Assembly: GCA_963730185.1 (NCBI GenBank)
Contig: CAVSQW010000008.1
Coordinates: 544,001-608,000, forward strand
Source: an uncultured Gemmatimonadales bacterium
Lineage (GTDB): Bacteria > Gemmatimonadota > Gemmatimonadetes > Gemmatimonadales > GWC2-71-9
Direction: 5' to 3'
Length of the DNA: 64,000 nt
The notes below the pieces were generated by a model. That model was not told where the DNA came from. It ran no database searches and saw nothing but the letters and a program-made list of their open reading frames with translations. Positions 40,420 through 49,472 of the stretch are shown here, piece by piece (the stretch's first letter is position 1; each line of letters begins with the position of its first letter). The position numbers and the translations under genes are program-made.

Positions 40420-41363
40420 CGGACCCTGACCCGGGGGTCGACCCAGACGTAGAGCAGGTCGATCAGCAGGTTGGCGAGCACGACGGCGACCGCCACCACC
40501 AGGGTCATCGCCATCACCAGCGGGTAGTCGCGTCCCAGGGCCGCTTCCACCCCGAGCCGCCCCATCCCGGGCCAGGCGAAGACCGTTTCGGTCACCGCGG
40601 CCCCACCGACCAGGAGCGGTACTTGGAGTCCGACCACCGTGAGGATCGGGAGCAGCGCGTTGCGGAGAACGTGCCGTCGAAACGTCTCCGAACGGGTTAT
40701 CCCGCGAGCCCGGGCCGGGGTCAGGTGACTGGCGCAGAGCGCCGTCGCCACGCTCGAGCGGGCGTAGCGGATCAGCTCGGCGGTGATCGGCAGGGCCAGG
40801 ACCAGCACCGGAAGCACCAGGTGGCGGGCCAGGTCGAGCATCTGCCCGGTCCCGCCGGGGGTGGTCATGCCCCCGGCGGGCAGGATCCTGGCCCGGGCCG
40901 CGAACACCAGAATGGCGACGATCCCGATCCAGAACGGTGGGACCGCGAGCGCGGTGAAGTTGACCGCGGTGACGACCCGATCGACCGGGCTGCCGGGCCG
41001 GCGAGCCAGCCAGCCGCCGAGGGGGAGGGCGATCAGCGCGGCCAGGCCGAGGGCCAGGCCGGCCAGCAGGACGGTGTTGGGCAGCCGGGCCGCGATCGTG
41101 GCCAGGGCCGGGGTCTGATAGAGAAAGCTCCGGCCCAGGTCGCCGCGAAGGAGCGCCCCGTGCCAGGCGAGGTACTGGCGCCCCACCGACCGGTCCAGGC
41201 CAAGGTCGTGCTCGATGGCCCGGCGTTCGACCGCCGTGAGCTTGGGGTCGGCCAGGACGGCGGGCCCGCCGGGGGCGGTATGGAGCAGGACGAAGGTGGC
41301 GCTGGTGACGAGCCAGAGGACCAGGAGAGCGTGGGCCAGGCGCCGGACCAGGAAGCGGGCCAT
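40416..41363 (-). CDS. Peptide/nickel ABC transporter permease (DppB/OppB)
   Basis: MARFLVRRL, PGGP, GDLGRS, RLPNT, HLVLP, ARARG, RHVLRNALLP, ETVFAWPGMG, RDYP, DLLY.WVDPR. Confidence 0.93.
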   Translation of the reverse strand: MARFLVRRLAHALLVLWLVTSATFVLLHTAPGGPAVLADPKLTAVERRAIEHDLGLDRSVGRQYLAWHGALLRGDLGRSFLYQTPALATIAARLPNTVLLAGLALGLAALIALPLGGWLARRPGSPVDRVVTAVNFTALAVPPFWIGIVAILVFAARARILPAGGMTTPGGTGQMLDLARHLVLPVLVLALPITAELIRYARSSVATALCASHLTPARARGITRSETFRRHVLRNALLPILTVVGLQVPLLVGGAAVTETVFAWPGMGRLGVEAALGRDYPLVMAMTLVVAVAVVLANLLIDLLYVWVDPRVRVR

Positions 41364-41367
41364 CGGC

Positions 41368-42931
41368 TCACGGAGCCGTGAACGAGAACCGCTCCACCTG
41401 CCGGAGCGCGTCTCGGATGCCGAGCGCGGGGAGCCCGACCAGGGTGGCGCGCCGGACCCGAATCTCACGGGGATAGAAGAGCACCAGCACCGGCGGGTCG
41501 CTCGCTTCGATCTGCTGAAAGGCGTGGTAGGCGGCGTGGCGGACCGCCGGGGCGACCGCGGTTCGGCCCGCCCGGAGCAGGCTGTCGGCGATCGGATTCG
41601 AGTAGCCGACGTCGTTGTTCGACTGGTCGGTGCCGTAGTACGAGTACTGGTCCGGGTCGAGCGGAGTGTTCCACCAGATCAGCGCCGCGTCGAACCGGTG
41701 GGGGAGAATCCGGTCGCGGACCAGGGCCGAGAACTCCATCGTCTCGATCCGGACGTCCATCCCGATCCGGTCGAGGTCCTGCTGAACCGCCACCGCCGTC
41801 TGCTCCCGGGTCGGGTTGCCCTTGTCGACCAGCAGCGTCACGGCGAAGGGCTTGCCTTGGGGGTCGCGGAGACGCCCGCCGGCGTCGCGCCTCCACCCGG
41901 CGCTCGCGAGCAACGCCAGCGCCCGGGCGGTGTCGTAGGGGATCCGGGGCAGATCGGCGCCGAAGTCGGCGTGGAGCGCGGCCGGAATGGTGCCTTGGGG
42001 GTAGTCGCCGTGGGTTCGGAGGACACCGTCGATGATCGCCTGGCGGTTCACGGCCAGGGTCAGCGCCTGGCGCACCGCGGCCGGCCGAAAGCGCGCCAGC
42101 CGCTGGTTGAAGCCCACGTAGTAGTGCTGAGGGACCTCCAGATAGTCGATCGCCAGCCCCGGCTCCGCCTCGAGCCCGGGCAGGTTGGCCGGCTCGACCG
42201 TGATCAGATCGAGCTCGCCGGCCCGGAGCTGGGCCACTTGGGCGTTGAGGTCTGGTACGATCCGAAAGACGAGCCGGTCCAACGCCGCGGGCGGGCCGTA
42301 GTAGCGGGGGTTGCGCTCGAGCGTCAGGTGGCTGCCCGGGACCGCCTCGACCAGCCGGAACGGGCCGGCGCCCACCGGATGCGAGCGATTCCGGTCGACG
42401 GCCGCGCGGAGCCGCTGGCCGCGGAAGACGTGCTCGGGGAGAATCCCGGCATTGTGTCCGAGCAGGGTGAGAAACGGGGCGAACGGGGTGTGGAGGACGA
42501 AGCGCACCGTCAGGGAATCGGGGAGCGCCGACCGAGTCGATCGCCGAGAAGTCGGACCAGAGGAGCGTGCCGCTGGTCGAGTCGCGAATTTGCTCGAAGG
42601 TGAACACCACGTCGCGGGCGGTGAGCGGGGCGCCGTCGTCCCACTCGAGCCCGGACCGAAGCCGGAAGGTGTAGACCCGCCCGTCGGGCGACACCGTCCA
42701 GCGCTGGGCCAGGTCGGGCGAGGGCGCCAGCGAGTCGTCCGGGCGGACCAGGCCGGGGAAGAGGACCTTGTTGACCAGTACCGAGCCGAGGTCTGGCGCC
42801 AGCACCGGATTGAGGATCGGGTCGTTGATGATCGCGAGGCGGAGCGTCGTTCCTGACGGCGGCCCGGCGGCGCGACAGCCGAGCGCCGCGACCAGCGCAA
42901 CTGCGGCCCTGCCACCACGGAGCGCGCTCAT
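41368..42931 (-). CDS. ABC substrate-binding lipoprotein, family 5; one frameshift near 42525
   Basis: Lipobox ALGC, PDLAQRW.VS.DG.VYTF.LR.G..W.DG.PLTARDVVFT, PVGAGPF, LERNP.Y, VRQAL..AVNR, YD...A.ALL..AGW. Confidence 0.9.
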
Positions 42932-42932
42932 C

Positions 42933-44672
42933 TCACCCGAGCGCCGACTCGAGCTCCCGCCGGGCGGCCTCGAGCGCCGCCACCAGCCGGTTCTGGCCCC
43001 GGGTCAGGTGGGTCCGCACGAAGCCGGCCCGGTCGGCCGAGGCCCGCGGCAGCTCGAGGGCCGGCGCCAGGTCGGGCAGGGGCGGGATCGTTTCGGCGGG
43101 ATCGGGGAAGAACCGGGGGCCGGTGGTGAAGTTGACCGGCACCAGGTGGCGGGCCAGCCGCCGGATCGCGGCATTGAGCCGGCGGACCTCGGGGTCGGAC
43201 GCCGGGCGCTCGCCCAGGGACCCGATCCGCTCGGCCAGCCGGTCCACCTCGGTCCGGAGCGCGGCGATGGCCGCCCGGGCCGATGCGAAGGAGAAGGCCT
43301 GGCCGGCGGCGGCCTGATACCGGTCGAGCGTCCGGCCGAAGTCGTCGAGCGTGGCCCGGAAGTCCAGCGGGGCCACCGTGCGGTTGGCCATCTCGGCCAC
43401 CGCGGCCAGGTAGATCTTGATGTCGCGGAGGAGCACCTCGCGGTCCGCGATCTCGAGGGTGTCGTCCTCCGTGTGCCAGGCGATGTTGCCCCCGCAGCCA
43501 CCGACGGCGTAGTACCCCTTCTCGGCCCGGGCCTGTGGCGACATGGTGGACAGCAGCATGAAGTAGCTGGAGATCCCGATGTTGTTGAAGGAGTAGTCGC
43601 CCGCCTGGAACGGCCGCTCGCCCCGAGCGTCCTTGCCGGCGATCGCCCGGATCGTCTCCTGCGCGAACGCTTCGGCCTCGGGCATCCAGGAAACGTCGAG
43701 GTATTCGGTGGCCCAGCGGCAGCCGGGGGAGTCACAGTTGACCTGGGCGATACAGTGCTCGGCCAACTCGCGGGCGTAGTGGTCGGCGAACCAGGTGCTC
43801 CCGGCGTACCGCCCGGTCGAGTGGCCTGGCCACCAGGCGATCCAGATGCTCCGCCGGAGGCTGCCGCGATGCTGCCAGAGCACCCGGGCGATCTCGAGCA
43901 AGGTCGCGTCGCCCACCGCGTTGTCGCCCACCCCCACGTCCCACGAGTCGTAGTGGCCGTGGAGCAGCACGAAGGCGTCCGACTCCTCCGTGCCGGGGAT
44001 CTTCACGACCGGAATGGGCGACCGATACCACCCCTCCTCCAGCGCCGTCGTCAAGGTCGCCACCTCGGCCCGGCGGCCCGCCGCGATCAGACGCTCGCCG
44101 TCGGGCCGGTTTACGGCCACCACGGGAATGCCCGGCTTCCGGGGAAGATCCCGGAGGTCGGGCGTGCCCCAGATGGTGGTGCAGATGCCCCAGTGCGGGT
44201 TCTTCCCGGGGTTGACCGCGACCAGACCGGCGGCGCCGAGGGCTTCGTAGTGCGACACCTTGCCAGGCATGCCGAACCCTTCGGTCACCACGATCCGGCC
44301 CCGCACCTCGCGATCGAGCGGGTGCGCCCCAGGCCGATCGAAGAGCTCCTCGAGCTCCGGGTCGTGGGTGTTAGGCAGGTAGATCAGCGGGGCCGAGGTC
44401 CCGTCCGTCGGTCGGCTCATGGCCATGGGCTTGGCCCGGAGCACGGTGGCGCCGACCGTCACCGAGGCGGCGCCCGGCAGGCTGAGATAGAGCTCGGGGT
44501 CGTGGACGGTCACCGGCACGCCGTGGGCCTCGAGTCGCGAGACGATCTCGCCGCTCGCGGTCCGGACGTCGTCGGGATGCTCGCGCTTCAGAGTGGAGAA
44601 CCGCTCGATCAGGCTCCAGGGCAGGTCGACGGAGACGTCGGCCAGGGCGGCCTCGACCTCGGGACGGGGCAT
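42933..44672 (-). CDS. M28 family peptidase with PA domain, no signal peptide
   Basis: LLHGHYDSW..GVGDNAVG, WWPGHSTGRYAGSTW, NCDSPG, AGDYSF, WHTEDD. Confidence 0.85.
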   Translation of the reverse strand: MPRPEVEAALADVSVDLPWSLIERFSTLKREHPDDVRTASGEIVSRLEAHGVPVTVHDPELYLSLPGAASVTVGATVLRAKPMAMSRPTDGTSAPLIYLPNTHDPELEELFDRPGAHPLDREVRGRIVVTEGFGMPGKVSHYEALGAAGLVAVNPGKNPHWGICTTIWGTPDLRDLPRKPGIPVVAVNRPDGERLIAAGRRAEVATLTTALEEGWYRSPIPVVKIPGTEESDAFVLLHGHYDSWDVGVGDNAVGDATLLEIARVLWQHRGSLRRSIWIAWWPGHSTGRYAGSTWFADHYARELAEHCIAQVNCDSPGCRWATEYLDVSWMPEAEAFAQETIRAIAGKDARGERPFQAGDYSFNNIGISSYFMLLSTMSPQARAEKGYYAVGGCGGNIAWHTEDDTLEIADREVLLRDIKIYLAAVAEMANRTVAPLDFRATLDDFGRTLDRYQAAAGQAFSFASARAAIAALRTEVDRLAERIGSLGERPASDPEVRRLNAAIRRLARHLVPVNFTTGPRFFPDPAETIPPLPDLAPALELPRASADRAGFVRTHLTRGQNRLVAALEAARRELESALG

Positions 44673-44759
44673 GGGTGGACTCGGCGGAACGGTGGCTGGG
44701 GCGTGAACCGAGCGAATCTAGAGCGCTCCGTGCGTCGGGGCCAGCAGGTGAATCTGGCG

Positions 44760-44935
44760 ACAATCCCCATCGTCCACGTCGTCATCAACAATCGTCAAAT
44801 TGTTTTCACCACGAAGAGCGAGTATGCGCTCTCCACGTATACCTAAAGACTTCAACATCAAATAGATACAGTTTCCACCATTGAAGTGGAAAAACTCCCT
44901 GTCGCATCTTTTGACTTTTCTACTGTCTGGATGGC
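44760..44935. promoter_or_regulatory. AT-rich intergenic stretch with three inverted repeats and a possible sigma70 promoter toward the M28/ABC operon
   Basis: AACAAT-N6-ATTGTT (44787-44804), AGAGCG-N6-CGCTCT (44815-44832), TTTCCAC-N7-GTGGAAA (44872-44892); minus-strand TTGACG-N18-GACGAT. Confidence 0.45.
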
Positions 44936-45034
44936 GTCACAGTGGGCCGGCGGAGGGATCGCCGCTTGGTCGTCTCAGGCTTCGTTGCGCGATCGCTACG
45001 ATGTTGCTGCAGCGCAGCATGCCATGGAGTGAAA

Positions 45035-45457
45035 TCAGTCGCCGACGTGGGTGGTCGACCAGCTCTCCCAGGTCAGGTGGCAGCGGTCGACGAAGTACTC
45101 GGGTGGGTGTCCTTCGCGGTCGAGCAGGTAGTGCAGGATTTCGTGGCTGACGACCATTTCGTGGTCGACGTACCGGCCGGCGATGATGATCCGGTCTTCC
45201 GAACCGATCTTCTCCCACATTCCGACCTTCGGGCCCGCGGTCGTCTGGAAGGTCTCGGCGCCGGGCACCACGTACCAGCGAATGTTGTTGAAGCGTCCGG
45301 AGAGGCGGCTGCACGCCTCCGTGTTGCCGAACCACCCCTGATACTCGGCCAGCGCAGTCATCGGCACGGCGCCGTCAGGCAGCAGGTTTTCGGTCGGCGC
45401 CAGCGATGAACAGCCGGCGAAGACGAGGAGAGCGAGGGCAGGGAATCGGCGGGACAT
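45035..45457 (-). CDS. Small lipoprotein with a zincin metalloprotease motif
   Basis: Lipobox FAGC; VVSHEILHYLLDREGH (HExxH plus a third His); ATG at 45457. Confidence 0.75.
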   Translation of the reverse strand: MSRRFPALALLVFAGCSSLAPTENLLPDGAVPMTALAEYQGWFGNTEACSRLSGRFNNIRWYVVPGAETFQTTAGPKVGMWEKIGSEDRIIIAGRYVDHEMVVSHEILHYLLDREGHPPEYFVDRCHLTWESWSTTHVGD

Positions 45458-45533
45458 ATGCTGACCGGGCTGTGGCTCCATTGCGACAGAAAAAGGACCG
45501 AACTGGGTCGTCGAAGTTTTCAACTGTCGAAGA

Positions 45534-45549
45534 AGCGAACTGTGTGCCA
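45534..45549 (-). promoter_or_regulatory. Putative sigma-54 (-24/-12) promoter
   Basis: TGGCACACAGTTCGCT against consensus TGGCACGNNNNTTGCW with correct GG-N10-GC spacing, 76 nt upstream of the zincin lipoprotein ATG. Confidence 0.55.
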
Positions 45550-45580
45550 GGTGACCAGGTCCAAGTGTCCGAAAACGAAT

Positions 45581-45610
45581 CCCCCCGGACCGATTGTTCG
45601 GTCCGAGGGG
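45581..45610 (-). terminator. Intrinsic terminator after the M28 lipoprotein gene
   Basis: Minus strand CCCCTCGGACCGA-acaa-TCGGTCCGGGGGG followed by ATTCGTTTT. Confidence 0.65.
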
Positions 45611-45655
45611 AGCGGGGGAGGGGGACGACGGGCGGGGCGAGCCGCCCGGCTCGAT

Positions 45656-46687
45656 TCAGGGCGTTCTGGGCTCCGGCCGTCCGTCCGGCTTCCAGGTCGG
45701 GGCGGGGCCGTCGGCCAGCAGCCGGACGGCCTGGGCGGCGGCGTTGATCACCTTGGCCATGTGGTCGGCGTCGACCTTGGAGACGTCGTCGCTGGGCCGG
45801 TGGTAGTCGGTATGGAGGCCGAAGCTCGAGAGGGTATGGGCCACGATCCCGAGGCGGGCGAAGGCGATGTTGTCGCTCCGCTCGAAGAAGTGCTGGTCGG
45901 GTCTGGGATCGGCGACGATGGGGATGCCCTGGGCCGCGAGCTCGTCGCCCATGGTGCTCCGGTCGTAGCCGGTGAGCCAGCCGCGTCCGGGGCCCCCGGC
46001 GAGGGAGTCGGGCCGGCCGATCATCTCGATCTCGAGGTTGGCGACCATTTGCTCGAGCGGCCGCCAGGGGTGGGCGATGTACCAGCGGGTGCCGAGCAGG
46101 CCGACCTCCTCGCCGGTGGTGGTGGCGAAGAGAATCGTGCGCCGCGGCTTGGGGCCGGCCGCCAGCTGGCGGGCGATCTCGAGCACCGCGACCACGCCCG
46201 AGGCGTCGTCGTCGGCGCCGTTGTAGATCGAGTCTCCGTCGACGGCCGGGCCGATGCCGACGTGGTCGTAATGGGCGTCGACGAGGACGTACTCGCCGTC
46301 GGCGTCGTCTCGTCCCTGGAGGACGCCGAGCACGTTGTATCCGGTGCGGCGACGGTCGGGCGCGACCGTGTCACCGGCCGCGAAGCTCTCGAGCAACACC
46401 CGGCGGGGCCGGGGACGGTCGGGTGGAGGGGGAACGACCGCGATCGGAACCGGTTGGAGGAAGCCGCTGTCGCCGGCCGGGACCAGCCCGATCCGGCGCA
46501 TGGTTTCGGCGATCATGGTCGCCGCTCGAGTGGCGCCGGGCTCGCCGGTCATCCGTCCCTGGAGGGAATCGTCGGCCAGGGGGGCCAACAGGTCGAGGAC
46601 CGAGGCGGCGGTCGACGGCGCGGGCGGAGCCGGCCGGCAGGCAGCAGCGACCAACGCGGTCGCCGCGATCGTGAGGGCAAGTCGCAC
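45656..46687 (-). CDS. M28 family aminopeptidase lipoprotein
   Basis: Lipobox AAAC, LADDSLQGR.TG.PG, AHYDHVG, IYNGADDDASG, TGEEVGLLG, EMIGR, RSDNIAF, DYHRPSD. Confidence 0.92.
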   Translation of the reverse strand: MRLALTIAATALVAAACRPAPPAPSTAASVLDLLAPLADDSLQGRMTGEPGATRAATMIAETMRRIGLVPAGDSGFLQPVPIAVVPPPPDRPRPRRVLLESFAAGDTVAPDRRRTGYNVLGVLQGRDDADGEYVLVDAHYDHVGIGPAVDGDSIYNGADDDASGVVAVLEIARQLAAGPKPRRTILFATTTGEEVGLLGTRWYIAHPWRPLEQMVANLEIEMIGRPDSLAGGPGRGWLTGYDRSTMGDELAAQGIPIVADPRPDQHFFERSDNIAFARLGIVAHTLSSFGLHTDYHRPSDDVSKVDADHMAKVINAAAQAVRLLADGPAPTWKPDGRPEPRTP

Positions 46688-46747
46688 GAGATCGAGATCC
46701 GATTGGAGATCGGTCGAAGGTAACCGCCCCGCGGCTCGGTTGCCCGG

Positions 46748-46969
46748 TCAGGCCCGATCCCGCTCCGGCTCTCGGCCGAGGGCCCGCCTGACTTCGTCGG
46801 CCAGGGCGTCGGCCAGGTCGAGAGCCGCCTCGACCGCGTTCCGGAGCGGGCCCCCGCGCCGGCGGGGACGCTCGGGAGGCTCGACCGGGACCAGCGCCAC
46901 GGAGGGTGGCGGGCGGCGCGGGGGCGCGGGCGGGCTCTCGGTTTCCGGCGTCGGGGTCGGCTCGGACAT
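46748..46969 (-). CDS. Small hypothetical Pro-rich protein
   Basis: MSEPTPTPE...LRNAVEAALDLADALADEVRRALG; amphipathic C-terminal helix; no recognised family. Confidence 0.45.
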   Translation of the reverse strand: MSEPTPTPETESPPAPPRRPPPSVALVPVEPPERPRRRGGPLRNAVEAALDLADALADEVRRALGREPERDRA

Positions 46970-47231
46970 CGGCGGCTTCCGTTCGGGACGCCGAGCCCTA
47001 CGGGCGGCGCGGGCGTTTGGTGCCAGCGGCCGCCAAAGATCGGAATCCGACTCCACGCCGGCGGGGCGTTGGGCGCCACCCGGCGGGGCGGACGATCGGT
47101 TCGTCCGGGCGCGGGCGACAGTGCGCGGTCATCGTTAGGCAGGTTGCGTTCGCCGGGGGGCTCCGCTAGAGTTCCAAGGTTAACCCTTGAACGCGGGCTC
47201 GCGTTTACCCCGTACGACGGAGGCCTGACTC

Positions 47232-49469
47232 ATCTTCCTTCTCGCGACCGATCTCGATGGGACCTTCCTCGGCGGACGCCGGAACGACCGCCTCGCGCTC
47301 TACTCCACGCTCCGCCAAAGCTCCGACGTTCGGCTCGCCTTCGTAACCGGGCGAGGGCTCGAGAGCGTCCTTCCCCTGTTGAACGACCCGCTGATTCCTG
47401 ATCCGGAGTACGTCATCGCCGACGTCGGCGCCACGGTCGTGAGGGGGACGTCGTTGGAGCCGGTCCAGCCGATCCAGCTCGAGATCGAGCAGCGCTGGGC
47501 CGGCGCGGGCGCGGTTCGGGCCCGGCTCGACGGGGTGGCCGGCCTGACACCTCAACAGGTGCCGCAGGAGCGCCGATGCTCCTATTTCTACGAGCGGCCG
47601 GCGGTGGTGGAGGAGGTGCGGGGACGGTTGGCGGGCCTGCCGTGCGAGGTGCTGGTCTCGGCGGGACGGTATCTCGACGTGCTCCCGCCCGGCGTGTCCA
47701 AGGGCTCGACCCTGGTCCGGCTGGTCGAGCAGCTGGGGCTCCCGGCGAAGCGGGTGCTGGTGGCCGGCGACACGCTCAACGACCTGTCGCTCTACCTGTA
47801 CGGGTTCCCCGGGGTGGTGGTGGGGAACGCCGAGCCGGCCCTGATCGAGCAAGTGAGCGGGAAGGCCGGCGTCTGGGTGGCCGGTGGCGACGGGGCCCGC
47901 GGGATCCTGGAGGGCGCCGCCCACCACGGACTGCTCGACGGGATCGACCTGGCGACCGCGCCGGACCAGACCGGGGAGGCCCAGCTGGTGGTGGCCTATC
48001 ACCGGCTCCCGTTCGAGGAGGTGGTGGTGGACGGCGAGCGGATCCGCCGATCGCCCAAGAGTCCCAACGGGATCATCCCGACGCTGCTGGGGTCGTTCTC
48101 GCGGGGACGGGCCGGCTCCTGGATCGCGTGGTCGGTGCCGGAGGACGGCGAGGCGCTCCCCCGCCACGAGCTGGTGGACCCGGAGCGCTATCCCAACCTG
48201 ATCGCGTCGCGGGTCCCCCTGGCCGACGAGGACGTGCAGCGGTTCTACAAGAGTTTCTCGAAGAAGGCCTTCTGGCCGGTGATCTTCTCGTTCGTCGACC
48301 GGGCCGAGTTCTCGGGAAGCGACTGGCGTCACTTCCTCCAGGTCAACCGTCAGTTCGCCGAGCGGGCGGCCGCCGACGCCGACCTCAACGCGGTCGCCTG
48401 GATCCACGACTACAACCTCTGGATGGTGCCGGCCTTCCTGCGACAGCTCCGGCCCGATCTGAGGATCAGCTTCTTCCATCACACCTCGTTTCCGCCGGCC
48501 GACGTGTTCAACGTGATTCCCTGGGCCGACCAGCTGATCGGCAGTCTGGCGCAGTGCGATCACGTCGGATTCCACGTGCCCCGCTACGCGGCCAACTTCG
48601 TCGACGTCCTCCGCTCGCACCTGCCGGTGACCGTGAAGCGAACCCGGCCGTGCGCCCCTCGGTTCCGGGTGAGAGGGGTGGCGCTTGCGCAGGAGGAGAT
48701 CGCCACCGAGATCGAGGTGGCCGGCCGACCGCTCAGGATCGGCGCCTATCCGGTGGGGGTCGACACCGAGGGGATCGCCGCGATTCTGGCCGAGCCGGCC
48801 AATCGCGACCACTACCAGCGGATCCGGCGGCAGTTTTCCGACACCAAGCTGATCCTCTCGGTGGAGCGACTGGACTACGTGAAAGGACCGCTCCAGAAGC
48901 TGGAAGCGTTCGAGCGCTATCTCGAGCTCCATCCTGAGCAACGGGAGCGGGTGGTGCTGGTCTTCGTGACCACCCCGCCGGCCCGGGGGATGGCGATCTA
49001 CGACGAGATTCGCCGCTCGGTCGACGAGGCGGTCGGCCGGATCAACGGCCGGTTCGGCACGCTCTCGTGGACGCCGGTCAGCTATCTCTTCCGCTCGCTG
49101 CCGTTCGAGGACGTCGCGGTCCACTACGCGGCCGCCGACGTCGCCTGGATCACGCCGCTCCGCGACGGTCTCAACTTGGTGGCCAAGGAATTCGTCGCGG
49201 CCCAGGAGGCGACCGGGGGCTCGGGCGTGCTGGTGCTCTCCGAGTTCGCCGGCGCGTCGGTGGAGCTCCACGGCGCGCTGCTCACCAATCCCTACGATCT
49301 CGAGAATCTGGTCGAGATGCTGGAACGGGCGCTCGCCCTCCCCGAGGACGAGCGTCGGAATCGGATGCGGCGTCTGGGGCGGATCGTGGCGGGCCACGAC
49401 GTCCACGATTGGAGCCGGGAGATCCTGGCCGACGCCGAAAGCACCCGACCGCTGATCGGCGCCGCCTGA
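47232..49469 (+). CDS. ggpS: Bifunctional glucosylglycerol-phosphate phosphatase/synthase (HAD-IIB plus GT20); start apparently ATC
   Basis: In-frame upstream of ORF 47379: IFLLATDLDGTFLGG...FVTGRG; later YLDVLP.GVSKG, AGDTLND; GT20 part YHRLPFEE...SPNGIIPTL (GgpS-type), WIHDYNLWMVP, VERLDYVKG, PLRDGLNLVAKEF, LSEFAGAS. Confidence 0.88.
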   Translation: MFLLATDLDGTFLGGRRNDRLALYSTLRQSSDVRLAFVTGRGLESVLPLLNDPLIPDPEYVIADVGATVVRGTSLEPVQPIQLEIEQRWAGAGAVRARLDGVAGLTPQQVPQERRCSYFYERPAVVEEVRGRLAGLPCEVLVSAGRYLDVLPPGVSKGSTLVRLVEQLGLPAKRVLVAGDTLNDLSLYLYGFPGVVVGNAEPALIEQVSGKAGVWVAGGDGARGILEGAAHHGLLDGIDLATAPDQTGEAQLVVAYHRLPFEEVVVDGERIRRSPKSPNGIIPTLLGSFSRGRAGSWIAWSVPEDGEALPRHELVDPERYPNLIASRVPLADEDVQRFYKSFSKKAFWPVIFSFVDRAEFSGSDWRHFLQVNRQFAERAAADADLNAVAWIHDYNLWMVPAFLRQLRPDLRISFFHHTSFPPADVFNVIPWADQLIGSLAQCDHVGFHVPRYAANFVDVLRSHLPVTVKRTRPCAPRFRVRGVALAQEEIATEIEVAGRPLRIGAYPVGVDTEGIAAILAEPANRDHYQRIRRQFSDTKLILSVERLDYVKGPLQKLEAFERYLELHPEQRERVVLVFVTTPPARGMAIYDEIRRSVDEAVGRINGRFGTLSWTPVSYLFRSLPFEDVAVHYAAADVAWITPLRDGLNLVAKEFVAAQEATGGSGVLVLSEFAGASVELHGALLTNPYDLENLVEMLERALALPEDERRNRMRRLGRIVAGHDVHDWSREILADAESTRPLIGAA

Positions 49470-49472
49470 GGC

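Noticed and set aside
44760..44935. Replication origin or dif site in the AT-rich stretch
   Set aside because: No good TTATCCACA boxes (only weak TTTCCAC matches), no dnaA/dnaN context, no XerC/D consensus.
45008..45025. Second sigma-54 promoter (minus-strand TGGCATGCTGCGCTGC)
   Set aside because: GG-to-GC spacing is 11 rather than the required 10.
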